Origin: Tissierellia bacterium
GTDB lineage: Bacteria > Bacillota > Clostridia > Tissierellales > Tepidimicrobiaceae
Direction of reading: 5' to 3'
DNA: 64,000 nt
NCBI GenBank assembly: GCA_012728365.1
Contig: JAAYFE010000072.1
Span: forward strand, 10,784 to 74,783
This document shows positions 29,724 to 40,138 of this stretch, piece by piece. The translations under genes were made by a program, and so were the position numbers. The notes beneath the pieces are model-generated. The model saw nothing but the letters and a program-made list of their open reading frames with translations. It was not told the DNA's origin and searched no databases. The stretch's first letter is position 1; the number at the start of each line of letters is the position of its first letter.

Positions 29724-30392
29724 ATGCTAACAGCTAAAGATGTAGCATTTAGACTTCTTTTATCCCTTTTTTTATCTAGTATAATTGGTTTAGATAGGGA
29801 AAGTATAAATAAACCTGCTGGGTTAAGAACCCATGTGCTTGTTTCTCTTGCATCAACTTTAATTATGCTTCTTACCTTTTATTTAAATAATATTTATGGA
29901 TCCCATGAATTTACAGACAGGCTAGCTGCCCAGGTAATAAGTGGAGTAGGTTTTTTAGGTGCTGGCACTATCTTAAGAAGAGATAAGGGAGGGGTAACAG
30001 GCCTAACAACTGCTGCTAGCTTATGGGCTGTTGCAGCCATTGGTTTAACAGTAGGTGCTGGATTTTATTTTGGTGCATTTTTAACAACCATTTTAGTGAT
30101 TATAATACTAATAGCATTTCAAAGACTTGGTAGTTTTTTTTCTAAAAGAAGAAAAGGCTACGTAACGCATATTTGCATTACGTCCGTAGATAAGCCTGGT
30201 CAAATTGGTAAAATTGGGCAAGTTCTAGGAGAATATAATATTAGCATTAATAGTATAGATATAGAGCATAAGGATGAAAATTTAGTAAATATAGAAATGG
30301 AAGTATATCTTAAAAATTTAGATAAAAAGTATGAAGTAATAAAAAAATTAGCTTCTATAGAAGATATACTTGAAGTATCCCAATACAATTGA
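29724..30392 (+). CDS. MgtC/SapB-family membrane protein with a C-terminal ACT-like domain
   Basis: GLDRE...AGLRTHVLV...GVGFLGAGTI are MgtC motifs. The soluble C-terminal roughly 75 aa resembles an ACT fold. AGAGGTG lies 6 nt before ATG 29724, and the ORF-track GTG at 29715 overlaps the RBS. Confidence 0.75.
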   Translation: MLTAKDVAFRLLLSLFLSSIIGLDRESINKPAGLRTHVLVSLASTLIMLLTFYLNNIYGSHEFTDRLAAQVISGVGFLGAGTILRRDKGGVTGLTTAASLWAVAAIGLTVGAGFYFGAFLTTILVIIILIAFQRLGSFFSKRRKGYVTHICITSVDKPGQIGKIGQVLGEYNISINSIDIEHKDENLVNIEMEVYLKNLDKKYEVIKKLASIEDILEVSQYN

Positions 30393-30410
30393 AGGGGGCA
30401 AATATATAGG

Positions 30411-33400
30411 ATGAGTCAACCAAAAATGCCATCATTGTATAAGTTATTTAAAAGGAACAATATTGAGGTAGAATCCTATATGAATTCTATATACATAGAA
30501 GAAGTAAGGCTATTTACTAGGGATAATAGGTTAAAAATTACAATGATATCTAAGGATCTAGTATCAGAAAATTTAATATTAAATATTAAAGATTTTTTTC
30601 AAAACAAATTTAAGGGTATCAATATAGATATAAATATGAAATATGATATTCCTAATAATATTGAAAAAGATTTAGACAGGTATTGGAATAACATTTTACA
30701 ATATGTCGAAAATATAATTCCTTCTAGTAAAAGTTGGATAAATAGTTTAGAGTGTTCGGTAAACAAAGATACTATAATTTTGTATCCTGAAAACAAGGGT
30801 ACGAAATATGCAATAGAGGTAAACAAATTAGCTAATATAATAAAGGAAAAAATAAAGAGTGAATTTAATATAGATATCCAGATAAAAATAGATGATTCAA
30901 AGATAATAGATAATGGTGTAGAGTTTATGGAAAAAAGGGAAGATGAAGAGAAAAAAATTTGTTCGGATATTTTAAATAAAAATGGAAATAACTTAAAGAA
31001 GGATGATAAAAATAGTAACAATTTATATGAAAACTATATATTTGGTAAAAAAATAGCTGAAGAGCCTATTAAAATTGGGGATATAAATTCTGATACTAAT
31101 TCAGCTGTACTTGTTGGCCAAATATTTGATTTGGAGATAAAAGATATTAAAGGAAATAGAAAAATAGCAACTTTTAACATTACTGATTTGACTGATTCTA
31201 TAACTTGCAAGATATTTTTGAATGATAAACAGTTTGATGATTTTGCATTAAATATTAAAGAAGGAGTATATATAAAGATAAAAGGTGATCTTGTTTATGA
31301 CAATTTTTTAAAGTGCCAGGTAGTGATGGTAAAGGATTTAAATATTTGTCAAAAAGAAGAAAGAATGGATACCTCAAAGGAAAAAAGGGTGGAGCTCCAT
31401 TTGCATACTCAAATGAGTGCAATGGATGGAGTGTCTAATTTTAAAGAAATAGCAAAGAGAGCAAAAAAATGGGGACACAGAGCTATTGCAATTACCGACC
31501 ATGGAGTAGTCCAAGGATTTCCTGAGGCTATGGATATTGCAAAGGACTTAGGATTAAAGGTTATATATGGCGTTGAAGGTTATTTAGTAAATGATAAAAA
31601 ACCTATCTTATCTAATTATGAAGAAGATAAAAAGTATAATAAATTTGTAGTATTTGATATAGAAACTACTGGCTTATCTCCAAAGAATGACATGATAACA
31701 GAAATAGGTGCAATAAAAATTGAAGATAATAAAATAGTAGATGAATTTAACCAGTTGATTAATCCTGGAAGAAAGATACCAGATAACATTGTTAAACTAA
31801 CTGGAATAACAGATGAGATGGTAAAAGATAAGCCTACTATTGAAGAAGTATTACCTAAGTTTGAAAAATTTATGGAAGATGCTGTATTAGTTGCTCACAA
31901 TGCTTCCTTTGATGTAGGATTTATTAAATATAAGTTTTCTAAATTAGGAAAGGAAATAGATAATCCTGTTTTAGATACATTAGAACTTTCTAGAGCTTTA
32001 TTTCCTCAGCTAAAGAGTCATAAGTTAGATATTATTGCTAAACATTTAAATGTAGATTTAGTTAATCATCATAGGGCTGTTGATGATGCTAAGGCTACAG
32101 CAGAAATACTGCTTAAGTCACTAGATATTCTTTCTTCAAGAGGAATTAATAACATTAATAGGATAAATGATTTAATAAGAGATAAAAGCGATACTAAAGG
32201 GGAAACCTTTCATGTAGTTATATTAGCCAAAAATATAATAGGCTTAAAAAACCTATATAGGCTTATATCCGAATCCCATATAAACTATTTTTATAGAAGG
32301 CCAAGAATACCAAAGTCACTACTTAATAAGTATAGGGAAGGCTTGATTATAGGAAGTGCATGTGAAGCAGGAGAACTATATAGAGCTATACTTAGGAATA
32401 AAGATGCAGGTGAAATAAAAGAAATTGTAAAATTTTATGATTACTTAGAAATTCAACCCTTAGAAAATAACATGCATTTAATTAGAAATGGATTGGTAAA
32501 AGGAAAAGAAGACCTTATTGAAATCAATAAAAAAATTGTAGAACTGGGAAAACAGTTTGGGAAAATAGTTGTTGCTACTGGGGATGTTCATTTTCTTGAC
32601 CCAGAAGATGAGATTTATAGAAAAATTCTTATGGCTGGTCAAGGTTATTCTGATGCTGAATATCAGCCACCTCTTTATTTCAAAACTACTGATGAAATGT
32701 TGAAAGAGTTTGAATATCTAGGAGAAGAAATTGCTTATGAAGTTGTAGTTAGAAATACGAATATTATATGTGATATGATTGAAGATATTCAACCTATTCC
32801 TGATGGCACATATCCTCCAGAAATAGATGGGGCAGATGAAGAACTTAGAAAAATGACTTATGAAAGGGCAATAGAAATATATGGAGACCCGTTACCTAAG
32901 ATAGTTAAAGAAAGATTAGATAAAGAATTAAACTCCATTATAAAGAACGGTTATGCTGTCATGTATATTATTGCACAAAAACTAGTATCAAAATCATTAG
33001 AAGATGGATACTTAGTAGGTTCCAGAGGATCTGTTGGCTCATCCTTTGCTGCAACTATGAGCGGTATTACAGAAGTTAATCCACTGCCTCCTCACTATGT
33101 ATGTCCAAATTGCAAATTTAGTGAGTTCATAGAAGATGGTTCTGTAGGTTCTGGTGTGGATATGCCTGATAAGGATTGTCCAAACTGTAATACAAAGTTG
33201 GTAAAAGACGGTCATGATATTCCTTTTGAAGTGTTTTTAGGATTTGAGGGGGATAAGGAACCTGATATTGATTTAAATTTTGCAGGTGAATACCAGGCAA
33301 GGGCTCATAAATACACTGAAGAGTTATTTGGTGAAGGCTATGTATTTAGAGCAGGTACCATAGGAACTATTGCAGAAAAAACTGCTTATGGATTTGTGAA

Positions 33401-34685
33401 AAAATACTTTGAACAAAAGGGAATAAGCCCACACCCAGCAGAAATAAATAGACTTGTTAGAGGATGTACAGGCATAAAGAGGACATCAGGGCAACATCCT
33501 GGAGGAGTTATGATTGTGCCAAAACATAAAGACATTCACGATTTTACGCCTATTCAATATCCTGCTGATGATAAATCATCAGGGGTTATTACTACACATT
33601 TTGATTACCATGCTATAAGCAGTAGTATATTAAAATTGGACGTATTAGGCCATGATGTACCAACAATTATAAGAATGTTAGAAGATATTACTGGGGTAGA
33701 TCCTAGAAAAATTCCTTTAGATGATAAAGCAACCATGAAGCTATTTACCAGTACTGAACCCCTTGATTTAAAAGAAGAAATAGGTACTGAAATAGGAACC
33801 TTGGGTATCCCTGAATTTGGAACTAAATTTGTGAGACAGATGTTAATAGATACAAAGCCTACTACTTTTGCTGAACTAGTGAGAATTAGTGGATTATCCC
33901 ATGGAACAGATGTGTGGATAAACAATGCACAGGATCTAGTAAGAAATGGCATTGCACCTTTAAGCAAAGTTATATCTACAAGAGATGATATAATGCTATA
34001 TTTAATTTATCAGGGTTTAGATAAAAAGAGAGCATTTAAGATTATGGAAAGGGTAAGGAAAGGTAAAGGTCTTAGCGATGAAGATAAAGAATATATGAGA
34101 AGTTTTAATGTTCCAGAATGGTATATTGAGTCCTGCGAAAAGATCAAATACATGTTTCCAAAGGCCCATGCCGTAGCATATGTTATGATGTCTTTTAGGA
34201 TTGCTTACTTTAAAGTCCATTATCCAGAAGCTTTTTATGCAACTTACTTCACTACAAAGGCACAGGATTTTGATGCTGGATTAATACTAAAGGGAAAAGA
34301 TGTTGTAAATAATAAAATATATGAACTTGAGAAATTAGGTAATAATATGACAGCAAAAGAAAAAAATTTACTTACGGTTTTAGAAGTTGTTCAGGAAATG
34401 TATGCAAGGGGGTTCACTTTTGATACTCTAGATTTATATAAATCTGATAGTGATAAATTTATAATTGGGGATAATGGAATTATTCCTCCTTTAAAGACTT
34501 TGGAGGGTGTTGGAGAAACCGCAGCTAGAAAAATAGTCGAGGAAAGAAATAAAGGGAAATTTATATCTATTGAAGATTTTATTAGACGTACAAGAGCAAG
34601 TAAAACTGTTGTAGAAGCCTTAAGAGAGCAAGGATGCTTAAAAGACTTACCTGAGAGTAATCAAATTAGCCTTTTTAATATTTGA
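30411..34685 (+). CDS. polC: DNA polymerase III alpha subunit, PolC type
   Basis: It is 1424 aa. A PHP domain (VELHLHTQMSAMDG, AITDHG), an inserted DEDDh exonuclease (FVVFDIETTGL, HNASFDVGF, HRAVDDA), a Zn-finger (CPNC...CPNC) and a polymerase core are all present. Confidence 0.97.
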   Translation: MSQPKMPSLYKLFKRNNIEVESYMNSIYIEEVRLFTRDNRLKITMISKDLVSENLILNIKDFFQNKFKGINIDINMKYDIPNNIEKDLDRYWNNILQYVENIIPSSKSWINSLECSVNKDTIILYPENKGTKYAIEVNKLANIIKEKIKSEFNIDIQIKIDDSKIIDNGVEFMEKREDEEKKICSDILNKNGNNLKKDDKNSNNLYENYIFGKKIAEEPIKIGDINSDTNSAVLVGQIFDLEIKDIKGNRKIATFNITDLTDSITCKIFLNDKQFDDFALNIKEGVYIKIKGDLVYDNFLKCQVVMVKDLNICQKEERMDTSKEKRVELHLHTQMSAMDGVSNFKEIAKRAKKWGHRAIAITDHGVVQGFPEAMDIAKDLGLKVIYGVEGYLVNDKKPILSNYEEDKKYNKFVVFDIETTGLSPKNDMITEIGAIKIEDNKIVDEFNQLINPGRKIPDNIVKLTGITDEMVKDKPTIEEVLPKFEKFMEDAVLVAHNASFDVGFIKYKFSKLGKEIDNPVLDTLELSRALFPQLKSHKLDIIAKHLNVDLVNHHRAVDDAKATAEILLKSLDILSSRGINNINRINDLIRDKSDTKGETFHVVILAKNIIGLKNLYRLISESHINYFYRRPRIPKSLLNKYREGLIIGSACEAGELYRAILRNKDAGEIKEIVKFYDYLEIQPLENNMHLIRNGLVKGKEDLIEINKKIVELGKQFGKIVVATGDVHFLDPEDEIYRKILMAGQGYSDAEYQPPLYFKTTDEMLKEFEYLGEEIAYEVVVRNTNIICDMIEDIQPIPDGTYPPEIDGADEELRKMTYERAIEIYGDPLPKIVKERLDKELNSIIKNGYAVMYIIAQKLVSKSLEDGYLVGSRGSVGSSFAATMSGITEVNPLPPHYVCPNCKFSEFIEDGSVGSGVDMPDKDCPNCNTKLVKDGHDIPFEVFLGFEGDKEPDIDLNFAGEYQARAHKYTEELFGEGYVFRAGTIGTIAEKTAYGFVKKYFEQKGISPHPAEINRLVRGCTGIKRTSGQHPGGVMIVPKHKDIHDFTPIQYPADDKSSGVITTHFDYHAISSSILKLDVLGHDVPTIIRMLEDITGVDPRKIPLDDKATMKLFTSTEPLDLKEEIGTEIGTLGIPEFGTKFVRQMLIDTKPTTFAELVRISGLSHGTDVWINNAQDLVRNGIAPLSKVISTRDDIMLYLIYQGLDKKRAFKIMERVRKGKGLSDEDKEYMRSFNVPEWYIESCEKIKYMFPKAHAVAYVMMSFRIAYFKVHYPEAFYATYFTTKAQDFDAGLILKGKDVVNNKIYELEKLGNNMTAKEKNLLTVLEVVQEMYARGFTFDTLDLYKSDSDKFIIGDNGIIPPLKTLEGVGETAARKIVEERNKGKFISIEDFIRRTRASKTVVEALREQGCLKDLPESNQISLFNI

Positions 34686-34709
34686 TTTTTGAAAGTTTTA
34701 TGCTATAAT
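34682..34709 (+). promoter_or_regulatory. Extended -10 promoter candidate overlapping the polC stop (leader promoter of rimP-nusA-infB)
   Basis: TTGATT (34682-34687) is followed by a 16-nt spacer and TG-C-TATAAT (34701-34709). Confidence 0.45.
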
Positions 34710-34752
34710 TGTATTGGAAGAACTTGTGAGACAATAATAATGTAATGAACTT

Positions 34753-34783
34753 AAGAGTGGGTAGGACCCACTCTTATTTGTTT
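34753..34783 (+). terminator. Intrinsic terminator or attenuator between polC and rimP
   Basis: AAGAGTGGG (34753-34761) pairs with CCCACTCTT (34767-34775) around a 5-nt loop. ATTTGTTT follows. Confidence 0.65.
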
Positions 34784-34859
34784 AATAATCCAAAATTGTA
34801 TAAAGTATATTTATCTTTATAATACAAAAAATACATATTAATCATATGGAGGTGATATT

Positions 34860-35321
34860 ATGAGCAGGAATTTAGTAAATAAAATTAAGGAACATTGTGA
34901 ACCAATTATTGAAGAGTTAGGTTATGAACTTGTTGATATAGAGTATGTAAAAGAAAATAATGAAAATTTTTTAAGATTCTATATATGGAAAGCTGAAGGG
35001 ATAACAATTGATGATTGTCAAAAGGTTAGTGAAATAATAGGTGATAAATTGGATGAGTTAGATCCTATTAAAGAAAGTTATTATTTAGAAGTTTCATCTC
35101 CCGGATTAGATAGGCCTTTAAAAACAGATAAAGATTTAAAAAGAAATTTGGGGAAAGATATTGAAGTAAGCCTTTATAAAAATTTAGATGGTAAAAAGAA
35201 ATATAATGGTGAACTAGTAGATTTTACTGAAGATTATATTAAAATTAGAACAGATGATGCAGAAGAAAAGAAAATTGAAAGGGATATTATTTCTAATATT
35301 AAATTATGGTTAAAATTCTAA
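34860..35321 (+). CDS. rimP: Ribosome maturation factor RimP
   Basis: It is 153 aa with YLEVSSPGLDRPLK, and it lies upstream of nusA. Confidence 0.9.
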   Translation: MSRNLVNKIKEHCEPIIEELGYELVDIEYVKENNENFLRFYIWKAEGITIDDCQKVSEIIGDKLDELDPIKESYYLEVSSPGLDRPLKTDKDLKRNLGKDIEVSLYKNLDGKKKYNGELVDFTEDYIKIRTDDAEEKKIERDIISNIKLWLKF

Positions 35322-35336
35322 GGGAGGTTTTATTTA

Positions 35337-36401
35337 ATGAATGCAGAGTTTATTGAGGCTCTCGAGGAGATTGAAAAGGACAAGGGGATACCTAAGGAGG
35401 TCATATTTGAAGCTTTAGAGGCAGCACTTATTTCAAGTTATAGGAAAAACTTTGGTACAGCTCAAAATGTTGAAGTAGTTGTTGATAGAGATACAGGTAA
35501 CGTTAAAGTATATGCAAAAAAGACTGTAGTAGAAGAAGTAAATAATTCTCTATTAGAAATTGGTTTAGAAGAGGCAAAAAAAATAGATGATAAGCATGAA
35601 TTGGGCGATATAGTTATGGTGGAAATTACCCCTAGAAATTTTGGAAGAATAGCAGCTCAAACTGCTAAACAAGTTGTAATACAAAGAATAAAAGATGCAG
35701 AAAGAGATGTTATATATGAAGAATTTGTTAACAGAGAAAATGAGATAATAACAGGACTAGTACAAAGAATTAGTAAAAATATTGTCTATATAGATTTAGG
35801 TAAAACAGAAGGTATATTACCTCCCACTGAGCAAATAGAAGGGGAAGTTTATAATCAAGGTGATAGAATAAAATTATATATACTTGAAGTTAAGAAAACT
35901 ACAAAAGGACCCCAGATAATCTTATCAAGGGCTCATCCAGGACTTGTAAAAAGATTGTTTGAACTAGAAGTTCCAGAGATTCACGATGGTATTGTTGAAA
36001 TTTATGCAATATCGAGAGAGGCAGGTTCTAGAACTAAAATAGCAGTATATTCAAAAGATCCAAACGTTGAACCTGTAGGAGCATGCGTAGGTATAAAAGG
36101 AAGTAGGGTTAAAGCTATCGTAGATGAGCTTAATGGAGAAAAAATTGATATTGTAGTTTGGAGTAAAAATATAGAAGAATTTATAGCTAATAGTTTAAGC
36201 CCTTCTAGTGTAATAAAGGTTGAAGCAGATGAAAAGACCAAGACTGCTTTGGTAGTTGTTCCTGACTATCAGTTATCGCTAGCTATAGGTAAAGAAGGGC
36301 AGAATGCAAGATTAGCTGCAAAATTAACAAACTGGAAAATTGATATTAAAAGTGAGAGCCAATATAAGGAAATGATGGAAAGGGAAAATCAATCATCATA
36401 A
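35337..36401 (+). CDS. nusA: Transcription termination/antitermination factor NusA
   Basis: The N-terminal domain, S1 domain and two KH domains are present (GACVGIKGSRVKAIVDEL, LAIGKEGQNARLAAKLTNWKIDI). Confidence 0.95.
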   Translation: MNAEFIEALEEIEKDKGIPKEVIFEALEAALISSYRKNFGTAQNVEVVVDRDTGNVKVYAKKTVVEEVNNSLLEIGLEEAKKIDDKHELGDIVMVEITPRNFGRIAAQTAKQVVIQRIKDAERDVIYEEFVNRENEIITGLVQRISKNIVYIDLGKTEGILPPTEQIEGEVYNQGDRIKLYILEVKKTTKGPQIILSRAHPGLVKRLFELEVPEIHDGIVEIYAISREAGSRTKIAVYSKDPNVEPVGACVGIKGSRVKAIVDELNGEKIDIVVWSKNIEEFIANSLSPSSVIKVEADEKTKTALVVVPDYQLSLAIGKEGQNARLAAKLTNWKIDIKSESQYKEMMERENQSS

Positions 36402-36419
36402 TCTATATGGGGTGATATT

Positions 36420-36692
36420 GTGAGAAAGAGAAAAATTCCTATGAGAAAATGTGTTGCTTGTAATGAAAACAAACCAAAGAAAGAATTGATAAGGGTAGTT
36501 AGAAATACAGAAGGTATTGTAGAAGTAGATTTAACTGGTAAAATTAATGGCAGAGGTGCATATATTTGTCCAGATTTAGATTGCTTAGAAAAGGTAAAAA
36601 AATCTAAAAGACTTTCAAAAACATTAGAAATTGAAGTACCAGATGAAATTTTTGATCAATTATGTGATATTATTAAAGATAGGAAAGAATAA
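36420..36692 (+). CDS. ylxR: YlxR/RnpM family RNA-binding protein (DUF448)
   Basis: RKCVACNENKPKKELIRVV...GRGAYICP is present. It lies between nusA and infB. The start could also be ATG 36441. Confidence 0.85.
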   Translation: MRKRKIPMRKCVACNENKPKKELIRVVRNTEGIVEVDLTGKINGRGAYICPDLDCLEKVKKSKRLSKTLEIEVPDEIFDQLCDIIKDRKE

Positions 36693-36724
36693 ATAAAGCA
36701 ATAATCACCTTAATAATATAGGGG

Positions 36725-38767
36725 GTGTATAGTTTGAATAAAGTAAGGGTATACGAATTAGCAAAGGAACTTAGAATGACTAGTAAAGAATTAGTAGCAA
36801 AGATAAAAGAACTAGACATAAATATTAGTAGTCATATGAGTTCTTTGGAAAAAGAAGAAGCTGAAATGATTAAGGAACTAATAGAAGAAGAAAGAGATTT
36901 AAAGAATTCTAAGAAAAATAATAGAAAAGTAGATAAACCAAAGAAAAAATCTAAAAAACAAGTAGGAAAGGATAAAAAAGGCATTAAAAATAAAGCTGAT
37001 ATAACAGAGAAAAAACAAGAATTCAATAAAATAGAAATTGAAGATAATATTACAGTAAAAGATTTGGCTGATAAAATTGGTGTAAGTCCAACTGAATTAA
37101 TAACAAAACTAATTGGTTTAGGTGTTATGGCTTCTATAAATGAATCTATAGATTACGATACTGCAGTTATAGTTGCAGAAGAATTTGGAGTACAGGTAGT
37201 TAAAATAGAAGCTCAAGAAATGGAAGATGAGTTTAATTTTGACTTTGAAGATGATCCAAAAGACTTAAAACCAAGGGCACCTGTAGTTACAGTAATGGGC
37301 CATGTAGATCATGGTAAAACATCGCTATTGGACTCTATAAGGAAAACTTCAGTTACTAAGCAAGAAGCTGGTGGAATAACTCAGCATATTGGAGCTTCAA
37401 TAGTAAATGTTGGAGATGAAAAGATTGTATTTTTAGATACACCAGGTCATGAAGCATTTACATCAATGAGAGCAAGAGGAACCCAGGTTACAGATATTGC
37501 TGTATTAGTAGTTGCTGCTGATGATGGGGTTATGCCTCAGACAGTAGAAGCTATTAACCATGCTAAAGCAGCAAATGTACCAATTATAGTTGCAATAAAT
37601 AAAATGGATAAACCAGAAGCTAATCCAGATAGGGTTAAACAGGAATTAGTTGAGCATGGTTTAGTACCTGAAGATTGGGGTGGCGATACAATTACTGTAC
37701 CTGTTTCTGCTTTAAAAGGTGAAGGTATTGATGAGTTATTAGAGATGATATTATTAGTTGCAGAAATTCAAGAGCTAAAGGCTAACCCAGATAGGCCAGC
37801 TGTAGGAACTGTCATAGAAGCCCAATTAGATAGAGGTAAGGGTCCAATGGCCACTGTTATAATAGAAAAAGGTACCTTACATGTTGGAGATATAGTTGTG
37901 TGTGGAAGTACTAGTGGCAGGATAAGAGCAATGTTAGATGATAAAGGGAAAAATGTAAAAAACGCAGGTCCTTCTATACCAGTTGCAATATTAGGCCTTT
38001 CAGAGGTACCTGAAGCTGGAGATAAATTATATGCAGTAGAAGATGAAAAGATTGCTAAAAATTATGCTGAAAAGAAAAAGGAAAAAATAAGAGAAGAACA
38101 GCTTAGGGCTACTCAAAAAGTTTCCCTAGATGATTTATTCCAAAGAATACAACAGGGTGAAATGAAAGAATTAAATATAATTATAAAGGCCGATACAAGG
38201 GGTACTATAGATGCTCTAAGAAATTCCCTTGAAAAATTTGAAAATGAGGAAGTAAAAATTTCTGTTATACATGAAGGAGTAGGAGGTATTACAGAAAACG
38301 ATGTAATGCTAGCTTCAGCATCTAATGCTATTATAATAGGTTTTAATGTCAGACCTGCTTTAAGTGCCTTAGATATGGCAAAAGTCGAAAAAGTTGACAT
38401 TAGAACTTATAGGGTTATATATGAGGCCTTAGAAGATATTGAAGCTGCAATTAAGGGGATGTTAGAACCTAAACTAGTAGAGGAAACCATAGGAAGAGCA
38501 GAAGTTAGAGCTACATTTAAGGTACCAAATGTAGGTACAGTAGCTGGAATATATGTGCAACAAGGGAAGATAACACGAAATAGTATTATTAGATTATTAA
38601 GGAATGATGTAGTAATATATGAAGGAAAAGTAGCTTCTCTCAAAAGATTTAAAGATGATGTTAGAGAAATTGCTACAGGTTATGAAGGCGGTTTAGGTTT
38701 AGAAAATTATAATGATATTAAAGAAGGAGATATATTAGAAGCTTATATAATTAAAGAGGTTGAATAA
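36725..38767 (+). CDS. infB: Translation initiation factor IF-2
   Basis: [10 protein letters not shown] forms the N-terminus. The GTPase motifs are [20 protein letters not shown] and NKMD. The likely true start is TTG 36734, 7 nt after GGGGGTG. Confidence 0.95.
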   Translation: MYSLNKVRVYELAKELRMTSKELVAKIKELDINISSHMSSLEKEEAEMIKELIEEERDLKNSKKNNRKVDKPKKKSKKQVGKDKKGIKNKADITEKKQEFNKIEIEDNITVKDLADKIGVSPTELITKLIGLGVMASINESIDYDTAVIVAEEFGVQVVKIEAQEMEDEFNFDFEDDPKDLKPRAPVVTVMGHVDHGKTSLLDSIRKTSVTKQEAGGITQHIGASIVNVGDEKIVFLDTPGHEAFTSMRARGTQVTDIAVLVVAADDGVMPQTVEAINHAKAANVPIIVAINKMDKPEANPDRVKQELVEHGLVPEDWGGDTITVPVSALKGEGIDELLEMILLVAEIQELKANPDRPAVGTVIEAQLDRGKGPMATVIIEKGTLHVGDIVVCGSTSGRIRAMLDDKGKNVKNAGPSIPVAILGLSEVPEAGDKLYAVEDEKIAKNYAEKKKEKIREEQLRATQKVSLDDLFQRIQQGEMKELNIIIKADTRGTIDALRNSLEKFENEEVKISVIHEGVGGITENDVMLASASNAIIIGFNVRPALSALDMAKVEKVDIRTYRVIYEALEDIEAAIKGMLEPKLVEETIGRAEVRATFKVPNVGTVAGIYVQQGKITRNSIIRLLRNDVVIYEGKVASLKRFKDDVREIATGYEGGLGLENYNDIKEGDILEAYIIKEVE

Positions 38768-38780
38768 GAGGTGCTTTCTT

Positions 38781-39158
38781 ATGAATAAGAAGAGATTAAG
38801 TAGGATTGCAGAAGAAATTAAAAGGGTTGTATCCCAATTGATTCAAAGAGAAATAAAAGATCCTAGAATAAGTCCTTTAACTAGTATAACTAAGGTTGAA
38901 GTAACGAATGATTTAAGCTATGCAAAAATATATATAAGTGTTATGGGAAATGATGAAGATAAAGAAAATACTTTAACAGGTCTTAAAAGTGCAAAGGGAT
39001 TTATAAGAAGAGAAATTGGCAATAGAATAGACTTAAGACATGCTCCTGAACCTGTTTTTTATTTAGATGAATCTATAGAACAAAGTCTTTATATATCTAA
39101 ACTAATTGAGGAAGTGAATAGGGAGGATAAAGATAAAAGAGGAGATAGTAATGACTGA
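38781..39158 (+). CDS. rbfA: Ribosome-binding factor A
   Basis: RLSRIAEEIKRVVSQLI...DPRI...ITKVEVTNDLSYAKIY fits RbfA. ATG 38781 is the likely start, and the ORF-track start at 38760 overlaps infB. Confidence 0.9.
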   Translation: MNKKRLSRIAEEIKRVVSQLIQREIKDPRISPLTSITKVEVTNDLSYAKIYISVMGNDEDKENTLTGLKSAKGFIRREIGNRIDLRHAPEPVFYLDESIEQSLYISKLIEEVNREDKDKRGDSND

Positions 39159-40134
39159 TCAATTTAAAAAGGAAATAGATTCTGCGCTAGAGTTGATTAA
39201 TAGCTATAATAATATATATATATGTTCCCATATACAGCCAGATGGAGACAGTTTAGGTTCTATTATGGCCTTAGCTATGGCTATAAAAAAATTAAAGAAT
39301 AAAGCTAATATAAATGTAATTAAAGTTGATGACATTCCTTCTGTTTTTGACTTTTTGCCTAATATAGACATAATTAAAGAACAAGATCTTAGTCAAGAAG
39401 TGGAGCTTTTCATTGCTTTAGATAGCAGTGATAAAGAAAGGTTAGGTATTGGTGCAGAATTTTTATGCAAAGCAAAGGCAGTTATAAATATTGACCATCA
39501 TATAACTAATGAAAATTTTGGTGATGTGAATATTGTATTACCTTCATCTGGGTCTACATGTGAAATTGTATATAAACTTATAAAGTATATGGGCATAGAA
39601 ATGGATAAAGATATAGCTACTTGTTTATACACTGGGATAAATACAGACACAGGAAGATTTATGTACAGTAATACTACCTATGAGACCCATATAATAGCTG
39701 CAGAATTAATTAAAACAGGTATAGATACAAGTGATATTAATATAAGTATTTATCAAAATAGAACTATTGAAAGAACACGGTTATTACTTGAATCTTTAAA
39801 CCAACTAGAATTATACGAGGATGGTAAAATTGGGCTTGTTGTCGTTACTCAAGACATGCTAGAAAAAACAGGTGCGGGTATGGAAGATACAGAAGGTATT
39901 ATATCCTTTGTAATGGATATTAATACAATAGAAGCAGCTTGTTTACTAAAAGAAGTTTCAAATAAAGAGATTAAAGTAAGTTTAAGAAGCAAAAAATATG
40001 TAAATGTTTCTAAGATAGCAACAAAATTTGGTGGTGGAGGCCATGTTAGAGCTGCTGGATTTACTATTATTGGCGAGCAAATAGATACTGCAAAAGAAAT
40101 GATTCTTAAGGAAATATTTAAAAACATTAGGTGA
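39151..40134 (+). CDS. nrnA: DHH/DHHA1 phosphoesterase (NrnA-type oligoribonuclease/pAp phosphatase)
   Basis: The DHH motifs PDGDSLGS and NIDHHITN and the DHHA1 motif GGGGHVRAAG are present. It lies between rbfA and truB. Confidence 0.8.
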   Translation: MTDQFKKEIDSALELINSYNNIYICSHIQPDGDSLGSIMALAMAIKKLKNKANINVIKVDDIPSVFDFLPNIDIIKEQDLSQEVELFIALDSSDKERLGIGAEFLCKAKAVINIDHHITNENFGDVNIVLPSSGSTCEIVYKLIKYMGIEMDKDIATCLYTGINTDTGRFMYSNTTYETHIIAAELIKTGIDTSDINISIYQNRTIERTRLLLESLNQLELYEDGKIGLVVVTQDMLEKTGAGMEDTEGIISFVMDINTIEAACLLKEVSNKEIKVSLRSKKYVNVSKIATKFGGGGHVRAAGFTIIGEQIDTAKEMILKEIFKNIR

Positions 40135-40138
40135 TCTA

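Noticed and set aside
38172-38196. A sigma-D-like promoter (TAAA ... GCCGATAC) inside infB.
   Set aside because: The spacer is 13 nt, not the consensus 15. The site is in the middle of an essential coding region, and no downstream flagellar gene is present.
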